A stretch of DNA of 64,000 bases, taken from Hydrurus foetidus (taxonomy: Eukaryota). The stretch is taken from contig UYFQ01000437.1 in NCBI GenBank assembly GCA_900617105.1, positions 1 to 64,000 of the forward strand. Reading direction: 5' to 3'. Shown one piece after another: positions 12,163-28,935 of this stretch. A program made the translations under genes and the position numbers. Under the pieces are notes generated by a model, which was not told where the DNA came from, searched no databases, and saw only the letters and a program-made list of their open reading frames with translations. The stretch's first letter is position 1. Each line of letters opens with the position of its first letter.

Positions 12163-15100
12163 TTACGATACTTGCAGTATGGCGCTTGCTGATGAATCGA
12201 ATGATGACCCTCCGTCTATGCTAATGTCAACATAATACATTTTCGCTTTTTTAATCAGCACAGGAACGATTTTACTAAAACTTTCGCCATCAGGTAAAGT
12301 GAATATGACTTCTTGATTATTTTCCTTTGATCTCATTCCTTGAAGTTCGAAATAATTTTTTCCGATGATTGCTACTCCAGACGAGTTCCTGTCTTTTTCG
12401 TCCCCTCTGATTTGTACAACACAGTCCGTTACGATGGATGGCATTCCCAACACCACCACTGACACTTGACTGTTGTGCGCGTAACCCCCTTTAGGGTTGA
12501 CAATAGCACCCACTTTAAGACTATCAAATACGACTAAATCGCAGCTAAATTGGCTTGGCAGTGCGGTGGTGCCGTCAAGTAGCAGGGAAACTGACACGCT
12601 CTCTATCGCCTTCACTGACGCACTATCCTCCGCTGAGAAAGAAGACATGTCAGGCATCAGGAACTGGAACTTGAATTCCACATCTTCCTCCTCTTTTGCT
12701 GCTTCTTCTGAGGTCGATCGCAGTGTGCCGTTGAAACAGTCTTCATCGTCTCCACGCCTAGAGGTGTTGACGTCATTGCTATGCATTGACAATTTCTTCT
12801 CCTCCTCAAAGCTCATCTGATCCGTAGTACCATCCAATCCCATCACAGCCAACGCACCCGCATTCTCTCCCTTACCATGTGAAACATCACCCTCAACTCC
12901 CTCAACGCTGTCACCCCCTCGAAGCACAGTCACGTCGGGGGCGGACAGATGGACAGCCTCCGCCACCCCCAGTGCAGTGAGGTGGATTTGAACCAGATCC
13001 GGATAAGGACAGCACTTTAGTCCCCCTAGGGATTTGCCGCTGACCGTCAACAGTGTCCCCCCTGATCTGCGACACACGACAGGAGAGATGGAGATAGGCT
13101 GGGGATTGAATAGCCGGAGAGACAGTCTACGGCTAACACGGCCAACGGCTGTTATTGACGGTGAGAGAGACTGCACAGTCACTCCCGATTGATCGCCTTT
13201 GTAGACCGTTTGTTGGGGAAACTGTCTGGAATCACTGAGTCCAGGGTCCTGAAGGTGACTTTCAGATAGTGTGACCAGTTGAAATTCAACAGTAGTGTCG
13301 ATCACATCTGCAGTACGCGCATCGGCATTTTTGAAGAGAGCCATCATTTCGTTCAATGTAGGCGGAATAAAGAACATTTCCTTCTGAGATGTACATCGTA
13401 CGGGAACAACGATACTGACGGTTTCAACTTCCTTTCGTTTCTCATTTCTTTCTACACTGTCTCTAGACATGCAGGGCCCTCCGTTAGAATTATCCGGTGT
13501 ACTGTTGGTTGGAATGGAGGCTGATAGGATTCCCTGTACGAAGAGATTTGAAGGGAGATCCCTGGAGGGAAAAAAACTTTCACCGCACACACGCACTTCT
13601 TTCATTTTTATTTTCATGTTCATGTTGTTTGTGCTAGTCCCTTTTGAAGTCGTAACGTCACTTACATTGCAAGGACTCTGACATGATGTAGGCGAGAGAG
13701 AGATCGGCTGGAAAGCATGGCATATCACCATGCACTTACTATCACTGTTGACAGCGCTGTAGTCAACACCGTTCATCGTCACTTGGGCTCGGATGCTGAA
13801 CAAATTAGATATTTTCGCGGATTTTAAAGCCTCCGATACATCGCAAACGAGTCGATATTCCGGCACCTTTATTATGTCCAATGCAGCAGCTGATGCCTAC
13901 AGTATTATGCCGTACAGATATGTCTCGAGAGTAAGACTGATGGAATGCATCGTGTAGATAGGATTACGTGAGGTAGGTGAAAATAACCAAACTACGAAAA
14001 TAACGTTGTGACATGTAAAAATGTACATAATATGGACTAAGACAGCAACTCGATTGTGAAAGGAGAAGTACTGAATCTCACTGAACCAGTAATATGTTGT
14101 CAACTAGATGTGATTCAATCATACGGATGCTTTTTATCAAGTACAATTTACTATCATTATTAGTGATGTATCGTGCGAAGAATTAAGAGCACTGGTGATT
14201 CCGTTCTGATAGGCATGCCAACAAACAAAAGTAGGAGTGGAAACATTCTTCAAAAGTGCTTACATTATGTGAGCTCTTGGAGCCTGCAATCGCTGAAGAG
14301 GATCTGTTTTCAGATTCATATTGCTCCACTATCACTCCCTGCACCATGGCTTCTACTGGAGACGCATCACTGCTCTTACTCTCACTAGCACCGCCTATGT
14401 CACCATCACCACTCCCACTACCAGTACAAGCACCACTGGTATTGCCATTGCATCTACTCCCCCCACTTCCACTGCTACTACTGCTTGAGCTAGAGCTCAA
14501 CAATGGACCCAGTAGAAGTCTGACGTCATACAGAACAGGATCGGATCCAGGGTCCAACCCTAAAGGGGGGACGAATCCGTTGAGGGTCTGGACATAAAAG
14601 CGTTCGCGTATGTGGTGTTAAGTGTAACTTTTCGGCAATAAATTAAGGTGCATTTTTATCATTATCATCATCTTTATTTAAGAAACAGCGAGTATCTTTT
14701 TGATAAGGTTTGGTAGGAATTGTAATTATTTGTCTCACCAGTACTATTTGGGAGGGACCTTGAACCCGTCTGTCGAGCAGCTTCGGATCTAGACTGCGCA
14801 CCGTGATGTCCGTATAAATCGACAAAGGCAGAGACTCTCTCACAAAGTTCACACCTATAGGCGAAAGAGATAATAATGAATTGTGGGAATAGAGATGGAA
14901 ACAGGTTTGAAGATAGAAGCGGCTGGGTCAACAATGGTTAGACGGAGACGAAATAGAGATGATGATCGATCATTCATTATCTAAATTCAAGTGCGAAGAC
15001 GACACTGAATGACCATCAAAATAGAATTGTCCAAATCGAATTCCCTTGACTGCGCGGCAAATATCTCAACAGTCCCTCTATTATTTCTTATGTTCTCACC

Positions 15101-16937
15101 GTCTAGCGACACTGTGACCTCGTATTCCCCACTCTCAGCCAGTCTAGGCGGTTTGCAAGAAACAACACCAGGCGCTGACAGTCGCCCTGTGGAAGAAATA
15201 AATAATTGCGCAATTAGTGAAATGAGGTTTCGTCGAGTATGACATAGTGGAGTAAATAATAGTACAGTACAGTACAGTACAGTACAGTACAGTACAGTAC
15301 AGTACAGTACAGTACAGTACAGTACAGTACAGTACAGTACAGTACAGTACACTACAGTACAGTGCACTATACTGTCAAAGCTAAGCAGTGCAGATAGAAT
15401 AGTGCGGAATATTTCACCATGCTAGATTTTCGTTCACTCTAAGCACATAAAAAGCAGATTCTTACCCGGTGCTGATCTTGGCTTTGGATTAGGGTTTACG
15501 ATATAAGGGTCAGGGTCCCCCCTATTTCCGTTAGCATTTGTGAACGTCACTATTATTCTGTCGGAATCCCAGAAACCGCATCCTTGAATAAGAAGTTCTT
15601 TGAAAGATTTCTGAGGACCGCTGGAAGGACTTAGCTGCATACAGAATCGTGTGTGAATTATGAAACAGAATTAGGATGAGATGGTAGAGTAGAGGCTGAA
15701 ATGCACGCAAATATGATATTGCAGAGCATTCTTTTGATCAGTACACACGGTGGGATTTCATCAAACAAACCTCGTAGAGCCGTGTAACAACAAGAGCTGC
15801 CGATGCAGTATCAGAGAACACAAAACTGTGAACGATGTTCCCGTATAAGGTGTCAACATATGTAGGTGTGTGTCTGTGGGAGTCGTCTGCTATGCGGTTT
15901 GACTCGTCATCTTTCTGCTGCATTAGACGGAACTTGGATCCGGATCCCCAGGTGAACAGATCCCCCGCTGGACTGATCCCTGCACTAGACATGCCATTGG
16001 CGTATACTTTACTGAGGCATATGTAAGGCAATAGAGATGGAGAGTGTCTTGTTTCTGAGTCACCGAGTCCGAGCTGTCCTCTTTTGTTCATACCCCATCC
16101 GTGCACGCTGCCATCACAACCGACAGCCAACACATGAGCGTCACCGCACGCAATATCGACTATCTTGCACAAACTGCTTGTATTCCTCCCACTTTCTGCC
16201 ACAACTTGTGTGCCCTCTGAATTTGATTCGAGAGTAGAGTAGATCAATATTTTAGTGGGGACCTCTCTCTTTGTGCATCTTCCAGATCCTAACTGGCCAC
16301 ACTCTCCAGCGCCCCACGACCACAGATCTCCGTTAATCCCAATAGCCACTGTAAATCTTGCACCGCATGATATCTTACTTATAGGGCAAAGTAGTGAGAA
16401 GGGTAGTAAGGCAGGTCGGAACATAACTTCTTGAACCACACAATTCTGACCCTTGAACTTCGAGCTATCACTTTTGTGTAATCCAAGCTGTCTATCGTAG
16501 TTCTGACCCCAAGAATATGCATTCCCTAATGTATCAAGAGCCGTGCAGTGATAGTCACCGCAGGATATTGAGATAAAGGACGACTTATGTGTTATAGACA
16601 CCGGCTGCTCAACTATTGTCGCGCATAGTCCCAGACCCAATTCTCCATATGGTCCTAACCCCCAGCTATAAATGGAAGATCGTTCTGTTGACAAAGCATA
16701 GACAGTCTTCTTGCCTGAGCAGAAGTTTGTGGCCATGAAATCGCAGTTTGGCACTAACATGCTATTTTCCAGATTATAGCAACCATTTCTGCAAAGAGCG
16801 ATCAAATCATCTCCATCACTAGCTATTCCATGCACTATATTGCCATACAGCGCTTTATCAGACAGCGTTATTCTCCCATTCGTGGATTTTCCGCATAGGA
16901 ATACCACAGATGTGCTTTTTATGCTTGCCTCCTCCAT
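12163..16937 (-). CDS. RCC1-repeat protein with C-terminal IPT/TIG-like domains, multi-exon
   Basis: Exon 16937-15771 has RCC1 repeats (YSWGxGxxGELG, ISCGxxH, WSWGAGECGQLG). Downstream exons (15634-15466, ~15187-15095, ~14853-14740, ~14600-14250, 13896-12163) have IPT-like motifs (LSPSSGP, YEVTVSLDG, SISPxxxRRSGGTLLTVSG, YVDISIDGG). Joining them into one gene is inferred. Confidence 0.65.
15261..15360. repeat. (AGTAC)~20 intronic microsatellite
   Basis: Directly visible. Confidence 0.97.
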
Positions 16938-17426
16938 AACTAAAATCCTTCAGATGGTTGGCAACTGTCGATACTTGTTAGGTTTTTCATTACTCTCGGT
17001 CATTAGAAACATTATAGGTGATGCCCGCACATTCGGCTCGTGCTATTCTGCGGCCTGAACAGTCATGGCCGTACTGTGACTTTTTCAAACCAACTTAATT
17101 TGGAATCTGTCGCCGCCTGCTCGGCTGCTGCTGACTTTTAACTGCGGACTACTTCTAAATCGAATCAATCCTATGGATGCTCTCTGCATTCTGCATGTAT
17201 ATAACGAAACCGTCCGTGGAATATCCGGGCTGGATAGAATCCGTAAAAACGCCAGACCACTCCGGCTCCGATTTCAAAAACTAATTCAAAAATATTGGTC
17301 TGGTGCGGTGCGTATACAAATCCAGCGTGGACAACAATTCGATTCGATTTCATCGTCGACGCTACTGCTGTAGGTTATTTCGCACTCTAGAAAGGTCCTC
17401 CCGACGTCAAAGCATCACTGTGGCTC

Positions 17427-21177
<3,751 letters not shown>

Positions 21178-21562
21178 AGCTCTGCATCGCATTCATGGCC
21201 AAGTATCTGCCTCAGCTGAGCGTGGGTATATTCTAATTAGGTTTGTAGAAGCCATGAAGGAAGACCGTCACTAACTACAGACACTCAATATACGTGAAGG
21301 GATACTGCTACTCGACACAATACATTGACTGCTGCGAGATTTCAGCAATCTTCACGATCTAGAACGAAACAACCTACAAATCATACGAGGCTATTAATTG
21401 CCAGCACTGCCTCCACGAAATAAGTCACTCTATGTATTTGATTATCACGCACGACTTCTAATGCAGCCCAAGAGGCAAAAGATACTGTATTTAATGAATA
21501 ATCGACCACAGACGTCCGAACGCAATCAATAATTTTTTTGAGTTGTGCCAACCCGCCCTACT

Positions 21563-22036
21563 TTATGAGTTCTGCTGCTTGATATCGTCGCATCTAATGT
21601 ATTCGGCGAGATATCCGTGGTCCATGCTGCTCGCAGCACTCCTCGACAACAAAGAATTCTCCACCGCAACGGTGTTGAAGTGATCCTCCATAATATTTCT
21701 CTTCTTTTTACCCTGACTCTGGAATGATGAACCAACGAGAATTTCATCATCGGAAGAAAGCGCTTGCTTTCTTGCGCAGCAGTAAATTCTTGCGAAGTAG
21801 ATCAGAAGGAGCGGGCTGATCACCAAGGAAGAGACAAACGTGACAAACTTCAAAATTTCGAGAATCTCTTCAACACTTAGGTCATGCTCGTGGTCGGTCC
21901 CGGAAGAATCAGTCATTATCACATTCTTAGAGGATTCGGTCACTCTCAACGGCTGCAAATTCAAAACTGGTGCCACAAAATTAAGTAACCACGTCACACA
22001 GATAATTAACAGGATCGGCATTGGTAGTAGATGCAC
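21563..22036 (-). CDS. Hypothetical membrane protein (two hydrophobic segments); upstream exons uncertain
   Basis: 157-aa ORF with two TM-like stretches and a non-ATG start; no recognised motif. Confidence 0.35.
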   Translation of the reverse strand: MHLLPMPILLIICVTWLLNFVAPVLNLQPLRVTESSKNVIMTDSSGTDHEHDLSVEEILEILKFVTFVSSLVISPLLLIYFARIYCCARKQALSSDDEILVGSSFQSQGKKKRNIMEDHFNTVAVENSLLSRSAASSMDHGYLAEYIRCDDIKQQNS

Positions 22037-22577
22037 GATGCCGCTCCAGTTTAGAATTGGCTATAGTAGTCGCCCATTTCTGTTCAAGCTCTCATGTTCG
22101 ACCACATTTGCTGAAAATGAAAAATTTGACGCGAAGAAGTGTAGCGAACGGTACAGGTGTGCAAGTACTTACGGTGACTCACCACCACCATCCACCCCAG
22201 AACTGAAATTTTCGAACAACTCCTGGATCAATAACTCAAATAGCGACTATACCTAAACTTTGGCGTTCATTTGAAATGGTACTGATCGGTGGAGTTGTCT
22301 GAAAGATATGGCGTTGGCATTTCAACGGTATTGTACTGATGAAGGAATGAGAGAGGGCCAAATTTTGATCTGGTGGTTGGGTGTCGTGGACCCAACCAGG
22401 TCGAGTTCGGTTCTTCATTCGGATGTGCGTACCTATGAAACTTCGGATGCTGGTTGCTTCAGCATCCATCAATCCATCAATTGTTAATTGTTAATTGTTC
22501 GTTGCAATCAGAAGAGGGATAAGAGTGTTGCGGAAAGTCTGAATTGGATCTTATCTTCCTCATAACATAGTGCTGCA

Positions 22578-24113
22578 ATGAGCGAGGATCAAGCATGGGT
22601 CGCTGCAGCGATCATTGGAGCTGTTCTCCCAATAGCGTACATCCTGTATCACTTCTCGGGTATTTTTGATCCCAAAAAAGTGATAGCAGAACCTACGGAA
22701 ATAAAGGGAAGAAATCGATCCATGAGTTTCAACTCTAGCGTATTTCTCAGCGGTGTCTTTCCTACGTCCGCCGCAGTGAAGCCAGCAGTGATAAACAGCC
22801 TCTTCATGTTTAAGTCATGTCCATCGGAAGCAATTTTGGTTGATGCTTGCAAAAATCTGGTTTATTTCGACAGATTCAGAAATGCGGTGAAATTTGATGG
22901 GAAAGAATGGGTCTTTGTGGAGACAGTCGTCGATTTCAGCAAGCATATCGATACAGTCACAGTCATATCAGAAAAAAACATGATGGACGAGTGTGATCGC
23001 ATTGTCCTCAACGATCTAGGGGAATATGATGGAGTAAAGCCACTCTGGACATTTCACAGACTTGTTAATAAAGGATCTGGTCTTTCAGGTCTTCTCATCA
23101 GAATACATCATGTCATTGGCGATGGCATTTCTCTTGTGACTGCCATGTCCAAGATACTTACAGATGAATCTGGTGCTCCTTTGCAATTAAAAATACCCGA
23201 TGCAAAGGATTCAGGCAAGGAAAGAGAGCGCATGCCTGCACCATCGTTATTTCAAAAAGTAGGATCTTTGATGGACATCCTCTCTCTTCCTGTATCGAAG
23301 TATGACACGAAGACTCTCTTCAGTCCTTCAAACACTGACAAGATGGTGATGACAAGTAGGAGGAGGAGCATAGTATTCCCAACAGTGAGATTAGATTTCA
23401 TCAAAAAGATAAAGAATAAGGCCCAAGTGACAGTAAATGATGTTCTGCTATCTGTAATGACGGGAGCGATCAGAAAGTACTGCGTGAAGAGAGGGGACCC
23501 CTCTATGAAGAGCGAAGCAGCCAGCAAGCTTCTGCACAGCAGATGCTTGATGCCCGTATCCCTGCCTAGACCACTTGAGCAATTCACAGACCCTGCAACA
23601 GCACTCAGGAATTACTGGGTGATGGTCAGTGTAGCAATGCCTTTGGCGCCTTCGACTGCTAAGGGACGTCTGTTGGAGTGCCATGCAACAACAGCGCTTG
23701 TCAAAAAATCACCCACAGCGTTTATTCAAATGTACCTGCAGAACTTACTGCCCAAAGTGCTGCCTCGCTTCTTGCAGCAGAAGACAGCATTTGACATATT
23801 TTCAAGGCACACTTTGGTCTTCTCAAATGTGCCAGGTCCATCGGAAATGATTTCGCTGTGCGGAGAGCAAGTGGTCGGAATGCAAATACTGTTCCCGAAC
23901 ATCTTGCCTACAGTTATACTGATCAGCTATGCGGGTGGTGTATTTTTCAACATGAATTTAGACGATGACGAGATGCCAGGTGCGGTGGACGAGTTGCCTA
24001 AGTACTACTTGGAAGAGTTCAAGGAGCTTGCTGCGGAGTACGGAGTGGACACAGAAGATATGCTCAATGACCTCTCTCCCGAGGGATTCATAGGCATCTC
24101 AAAATCGTCCTAA
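22578..24113 (+). CDS. Wax ester synthase / diacylglycerol O-acyltransferase (WS/DGAT family)
   Basis: Catalytic HHxxxDG (IHHVIGDG), PLW, TVNDV, FSNVPGP, ISYAG; N-terminal TM segment; intronless. Confidence 0.9.
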   Translation: MSEDQAWVAAAIIGAVLPIAYILYHFSGIFDPKKVIAEPTEIKGRNRSMSFNSSVFLSGVFPTSAAVKPAVINSLFMFKSCPSEAILVDACKNLVYFDRFRNAVKFDGKEWVFVETVVDFSKHIDTVTVISEKNMMDECDRIVLNDLGEYDGVKPLWTFHRLVNKGSGLSGLLIRIHHVIGDGISLVTAMSKILTDESGAPLQLKIPDAKDSGKERERMPAPSLFQKVGSLMDILSLPVSKYDTKTLFSPSNTDKMVMTSRRRSIVFPTVRLDFIKKIKNKAQVTVNDVLLSVMTGAIRKYCVKRGDPSMKSEAASKLLHSRCLMPVSLPRPLEQFTDPATALRNYWVMVSVAMPLAPSTAKGRLLECHATTALVKKSPTAFIQMYLQNLLPKVLPRFLQQKTAFDIFSRHTLVFSNVPGPSEMISLCGEQVVGMQILFPNILPTVILISYAGGVFFNMNLDDDEMPGAVDELPKYYLEEFKELAAEYGVDTEDMLNDLSPEGFIGISKSS

Positions 24114-24790
24114 TTTGTTTCACGCGATACGTGTGAGGGGCAATACAACTACAGTGCAGTGCGTGTGGGCGATTGTGAAGCTGTACAGTATTGCGCCCCA
24201 GACATTTTCGTTTCTGCCGTTAGTCTCAATATTACAGATTGCGATTACGAGTGATGATATGATTACTGTACATACAAATTATTGGCCAGATGCGCACAGC
24301 CACTTTAGATGCGCATATGATAAGATATAATATGATGTGAGTGGTGGCCGTTCGACATCATTAAGTTACTTCTGTTCGTTAAAGCTAGGTAAACATAGTA
24401 ATCCAACTTAGTCTTCCTCGCAGACATCTTTGATTTGCTTCTAAGGCTCTATTGTATGAAAGACTTAATCAGTGATGCCGCAACTGTTGAACTTGATGGG
24501 AGAAGTTCTCGAATAAATTGCGTGTCGCTGTCATGCTTGTGCAACTTCTATCAGCAGCAAACAGCATCGACAACCTCCGTCACTCCTCAATATGGACCAT
24601 CGAAACACTTGTCTGTACGGTACATCTCAAAGGAATATTCTGCTGTTATCGTGCCTATGCAGCAAGTGTCGCATCCGCATGCATGAGTGAGGGGATAGAT
24701 CAGTTCAATTTCATTCGAATGCAGGAGATAGACATCTTCTAGGACAATAGCTGCTCAAGTTCACTGTCTCTCTCGAGTACCCACTCGGCC

Positions 24791-26368
24791 TCATTGCTGT
24801 AACTGCTGGGTCATCTGCCAGTCATAACCCTTCTTGGCCTTCTCCCTCAGCTTCATGAACCTGGGCACTTCATCACAGCGCACTCTCACTTTAATACGGT
24901 CAATATTCTCGAAGACTGGTGTGCCCTGAATGTCTTGTGCTCTAGGACTGCCCATAGAGTCGGTTGCATCAAGACCGGATAGAGTCTGTGTTGGGTGATA
25001 GAACTCAACTCCTGTACACATTAAAAATATTCCGACTTTCTTCCTGACTCCCTCAGCAGCGGTCAGAACTTGATTGTCTGATGATGGCTGCGTGTCAGAA
25101 CTAGACGATACAGCACTATCTTGACTGTCCTCACTATCATATCCCTCTTCATCATCCATAGTACCATTGACTTTCGTTTTGCCCACAGATAGAGCTGCTA
25201 TCGCTGATTGTCTCTCTGCAGCAGGAAGCATCCCAGCGTTGTGGTATAAGTCGTCACCCATGATGGGACATCCTATTGCAGCACAGTGCCTCCTAAGTTG
25301 ATGTCTGCGACCTGTGTAAGGGGAGAGAACTACAGTCGTGAGAGCGCCATAGACTGAACACGGGGAAATATCCAGGATCTGTAGTCCTGTTGCTGCGTCA
25401 AATCCATCTATAGGATCGGTTATTCGGCCTACTCTTACGCCGCCTGACTCGACCCAGTCCACGAGTGACGCTTTCGTAGTCAGACCATCTCTCTCTAAAG
25501 TCTTCGTTAGATTGCCTGCTAGTATTGCAGTGTATTCCTTATCTATATATCTGTTCTCGAATTGCTTTGACACATCAGACATAGCCCTTTGAGTTTTTGC
25601 AACTATCAAGCATCCGGAGACACGAGCATCTAACCGATGGCAGGGCAGTGGTCGCTTCAGAGAGTCATTGGTACCACTGCCACTTTCGTACTTTATAGCT
25701 GGAGGTGTTATTATCAGCGGCAAGATATCATCCAACGCAAATAATTTCTTTTTCATGGTACCTATCCACTTCAGAGAATGGATCCCTGACGGCTTGAAAA
25801 CTACTGCCACATCATCATCCTCGTAGAGAATGTGGAGCGGAGGATATCTTCTTTGGTCGATTATGTGGCTCGTAAAGTTTAAAAGACGGCGTAATTCAAC
25901 AGCTGCTATAGTCTCAGCACGAATTTTGTCCTCCGCTGATTGAGAAGGAGGTGGAGATTCAACAAAATCTATCTCAAGCGAGTCACCAGCCTCTAAAATT
26001 TTCGACGAATATATCTTTTTCCCATTGAGTGAGACTTTTCCGTGTTTGCAAGCTCTGTTTGCATGGCTTTTGGTCGAAAACCATCTACCGATAAGATAAT
26101 CGGCTGCCCTCAGTCCTGAGCCATCAGGATCAATAGTCGTCACAACATTTTTGACTGCATTTGACGGTTTCGAGGCGGCGCTACTTAGTGCCCAATTTCC
26201 CAAAGATCTTATTGCATCCTCGTATGAAATCTTAGATGTTACAAATCGGGACTGCTGAACAGCCCTATTTACGACGATTGACGTGCTCAAGAGAGGAAAC
26301 AGAAAATTAAGGATAATCATGCCACAAGTGCAAAGACTATAACCCTCTGTCTGCCCAGAGATAACCAA
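24791..26368 (-). CDS. RluA/RluD-family RNA pseudouridine synthase with S4-like domain; likely organelle-targeted (probable ATG at ~26320)
   Basis: ILYEDDD, KPSG, HRLD, TGRRHQLR, PIMGDxLY motifs; hydrophobic N-terminal leader. Confidence 0.9.
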   Translation of the reverse strand: MVISGQTEGYSLCTCGMIILNFLFPLLSTSIVVNRAVQQSRFVTSKISYEDAIRSLGNWALSSAASKPSNAVKNVVTTIDPDGSGLRAADYLIGRWFSTKSHANRACKHGKVSLNGKKIYSSKILEAGDSLEIDFVESPPPSQSAEDKIRAETIAAVELRRLLNFTSHIIDQRRYPPLHILYEDDDVAVVFKPSGIHSLKWIGTMKKKLFALDDILPLIITPPAIKYESGSGTNDSLKRPLPCHRLDARVSGCLIVAKTQRAMSDVSKQFENRYIDKEYTAILAGNLTKTLERDGLTTKASLVDWVESGGVRVGRITDPIDGFDAATGLQILDISPCSVYGALTTVVLSPYTGRRHQLRRHCAAIGCPIMGDDLYHNAGMLPAAERQSAIAALSVGKTKVNGTMDDEEGYDSEDSQDSAVSSSSDTQPSSDNQVLTAAEGVRKKVGIFLMCTGVEFYHPTQTLSGLDATDSMGSPRAQDIQGTPVFENIDRIKVRVRCDEVPRFMKLREKAKKGYDWQMTQQLQQ

Positions 26369-27118
26369 CTAACATCGAAGTTGTTGACGATCAATGCCGT
26401 CGAGATAGCGATCTCCTTGGAATAAGAACTATCAGTCCCATGTGTTCACTTCTCGCATCATCATCCCATCGTCCCATCGCATCATCGGCATAGAAAGTCA
26501 AGTATGCCGTAAACAGGCTACCATCACAATTTAGCTACTAATGACACACTAGATTCTAGTTCTACTCATGAAGTACTCGTTGAAATTTGATATCAGTACG
26601 TCGTTATGAAATCATTTTGTGGGATGTTCGTTAGGTCGATGTTGGGCTATTTTACAAATTCATTTGGTAGGTTTGATATTAAACGTCAGACGGAAGGAAG
26701 GGGACTCGGAACGATCGATGGAGGTAGAATACTGTTTTTTCTGTACCAATGTTGAGGAAGTGATGTAATTTTCTGTCACAAGAGTGAGCCAAACAGGGAG
26801 AATGAGGTGAGTCGGCTTAGAAAATTATGGCGCATATCGACGTCGCTTTGGTTGGAGATAGCCTGATGAGGTGCATGTCTTACATTACTGTGCACTCATA
26901 GGATATTTGCTTGATACTGCTTCATGATCAGTTTCGAGATTATTACGTACATGATCGAAGGTGACCCGAAAATCGTGACAAAAACTAGAATCCCCGAGTT
27001 CAAGCTATTAACATTACAGTTGATTTGTACAATAGATGTAAAGGACCATCATCGCATGAAGGTGTTGAAGAAAAGCTGACCTCTCCGTAAAAAGACAGAA
27101 ACGAGTGTCTTTACGGTA

Positions 27119-28570
27119 TCAATTTTTTGAGAACTTTGACAGAGCGTATGTCCCGCCAACCGCAATACTAGTTGCTAAGACAAACAATGAAGATCCTAGA
27201 ACCATGTTGACAACTTTTGTCTGCTTCTCAGAGATTTTGATAGCTTCATGATAAGGAATGTCATTGAAAGCAACCATGCTGTACAACGGTAGGAAAGTTG
27301 CCGGAAATAACCATGCTAGTGACGCCTCAACTTTAATTCTGAGAAGATATAGAGTACTTGATGTGTTTGATGCCATGTCGTCGTAGTGTTCGATGCACAA
27401 GTCAGCGAGGGCATTTGCTGCCGCAACTCTTAGATCAGAGAATTCCTGACCAGATTTGCTCAAATCTAACTGAATTCCACCGCTGCTTTCCTTCCGCAGC
27501 TCCTCAATCTGTTTCTTAACAACCTGATATAAGCGGAGGCCGTCTTCGAATGCTGCGTTCATGCCCTGTCCGTAGAATGGAACCACCGCATGAGCTGCGT
27601 CACCAAGCAGGAGTAGTTTGCCACAGTTCCAAGGTGCTACCCTGACTGTAAGAAGTGATCCAACGGGATTTTGGTGATAATCGTTCGTAATGTCAGGCAT
27701 TAGTGCCAAGACATCTGGAAAGTGGGTGGAGAAGTATTTGTTGATCGCGATAGGATCCTTCGAGTCAACATGGTCGAATCCGAATTCGCCCTTATATGGC
27801 GCGAACAGTGTCGCTGTGAAAGACTTGTCCGGGTTCGGAAGGGCAATCATCATAAATTCTCCCCTGGGCCATATATGAAGGCCCTCGTGATTATCAAGCG
27901 CAAATGTTTGCTCTCCTGACGCGGAGATTTTAGGGGGGATGGAAAGTTCTTTGTATCCATGGGCAATGTAGGAGCGACTGAAATTGATTCTTCCCTGTTT
28001 GAGCATGCACTCCCGAAGAGATGAGTATGCTCCATCAGATCCAATTACAAGATCGAAGTTAAAATCCTCAACCGTTGAGTTGTTTAAGTTCTGAAAGGCA
28101 CAGCAACCTGTTTTTGAATCAGCTGATATTAGGCTGTACCCGAATTTGACGGTGACGTTAGAACCTTCTCGTGATGCTCTGTCGAGGAGCAAGTGATTCA
28201 ACTTTTCTCTACCAACTGACCAAATGGCTTCTTCCGGCGTGCCATACTGTTGTTGAGTAACTTTGCCGTCAACAGAGTGGATAACTCTACATGGCATCCG
28301 GATTGCATCTTGCATCGCTTCCTCCAGGATTCCGAGCTCCTTCAGTGCAATTTGACCCCTGTAAGACAATGCCAGATTAATAGATCTTTTCAAAGCCGAT
28401 GTCGAAGCACCGAACTCCCCTGCCAGATCCGTGGCGTCCTTTCGCTGGTCGAGTCTCTTTTCGAACACAGTGACTTTCAACCCCAAGTTCTCCAGTAATA
28501 CAGCGACCATCGTCCCCGCCAGACCGGCGCCCACAATGCCAACCGATTGACGTTCCTTTCCTTCGAGCAT
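27119..28570 (-). CDS. KMO: Kynurenine 3-monooxygenase
   Basis: GAGLAG, RSINLALS, GYKELSIP, LHIWPR, GDAAHAVVPFYGQGMNAAFED; C-terminal TM anchor; intronless. Confidence 0.93.
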   Translation of the reverse strand: MLEGKERQSVGIVGAGLAGTMVAVLLENLGLKVTVFEKRLDQRKDATDLAGEFGASTSALKRSINLALSYRGQIALKELGILEEAMQDAIRMPCRVIHSVDGKVTQQQYGTPEEAIWSVGREKLNHLLLDRASREGSNVTVKFGYSLISADSKTGCCAFQNLNNSTVEDFNFDLVIGSDGAYSSLRECMLKQGRINFSRSYIAHGYKELSIPPKISASGEQTFALDNHEGLHIWPRGEFMMIALPNPDKSFTATLFAPYKGEFGFDHVDSKDPIAINKYFSTHFPDVLALMPDITNDYHQNPVGSLLTVRVAPWNCGKLLLLGDAAHAVVPFYGQGMNAAFEDGLRLYQVVKKQIEELRKESSGGIQLDLSKSGQEFSDLRVAAANALADLCIEHYDDMASNTSSTLYLLRIKVEASLAWLFPATFLPLYSMVAFNDIPYHEAIKISEKQTKVVNMVLGSSLFVLATSIAVGGTYALSKFSKN

Positions 28571-28935
28571 GATGCTAATTTACAGTCGCTTAATTATGTG
28601 TTCTTTTGTAGGAGATTACGCTCATCTCTCCTATGAACCGAGAAAGTCCAGTCACATGTTGGAACACGGTGACGTTTGCCGCCAGGAATCCGAAGGTTCC
28701 GAGATTTTTATCTCCAGAGGGTTGATTTTTTTCACTGAAAAATTTTCATTGCTTGAACAAGGGGCCGGCCTTTCTTCGTCGAATTTCCTCTCAAACTTTT
28801 GACTTTTGTGACGACAGTTGGTGCAGTAGCAACTACTGCATTAAGAGATCAGAGATCATTCGGAAGTCAACGCGGGGTTGCTCCCGTCAATTTATCTGGA
28901 TAACCGCAATTCTATTGCTGTCAATAATTTTGACA

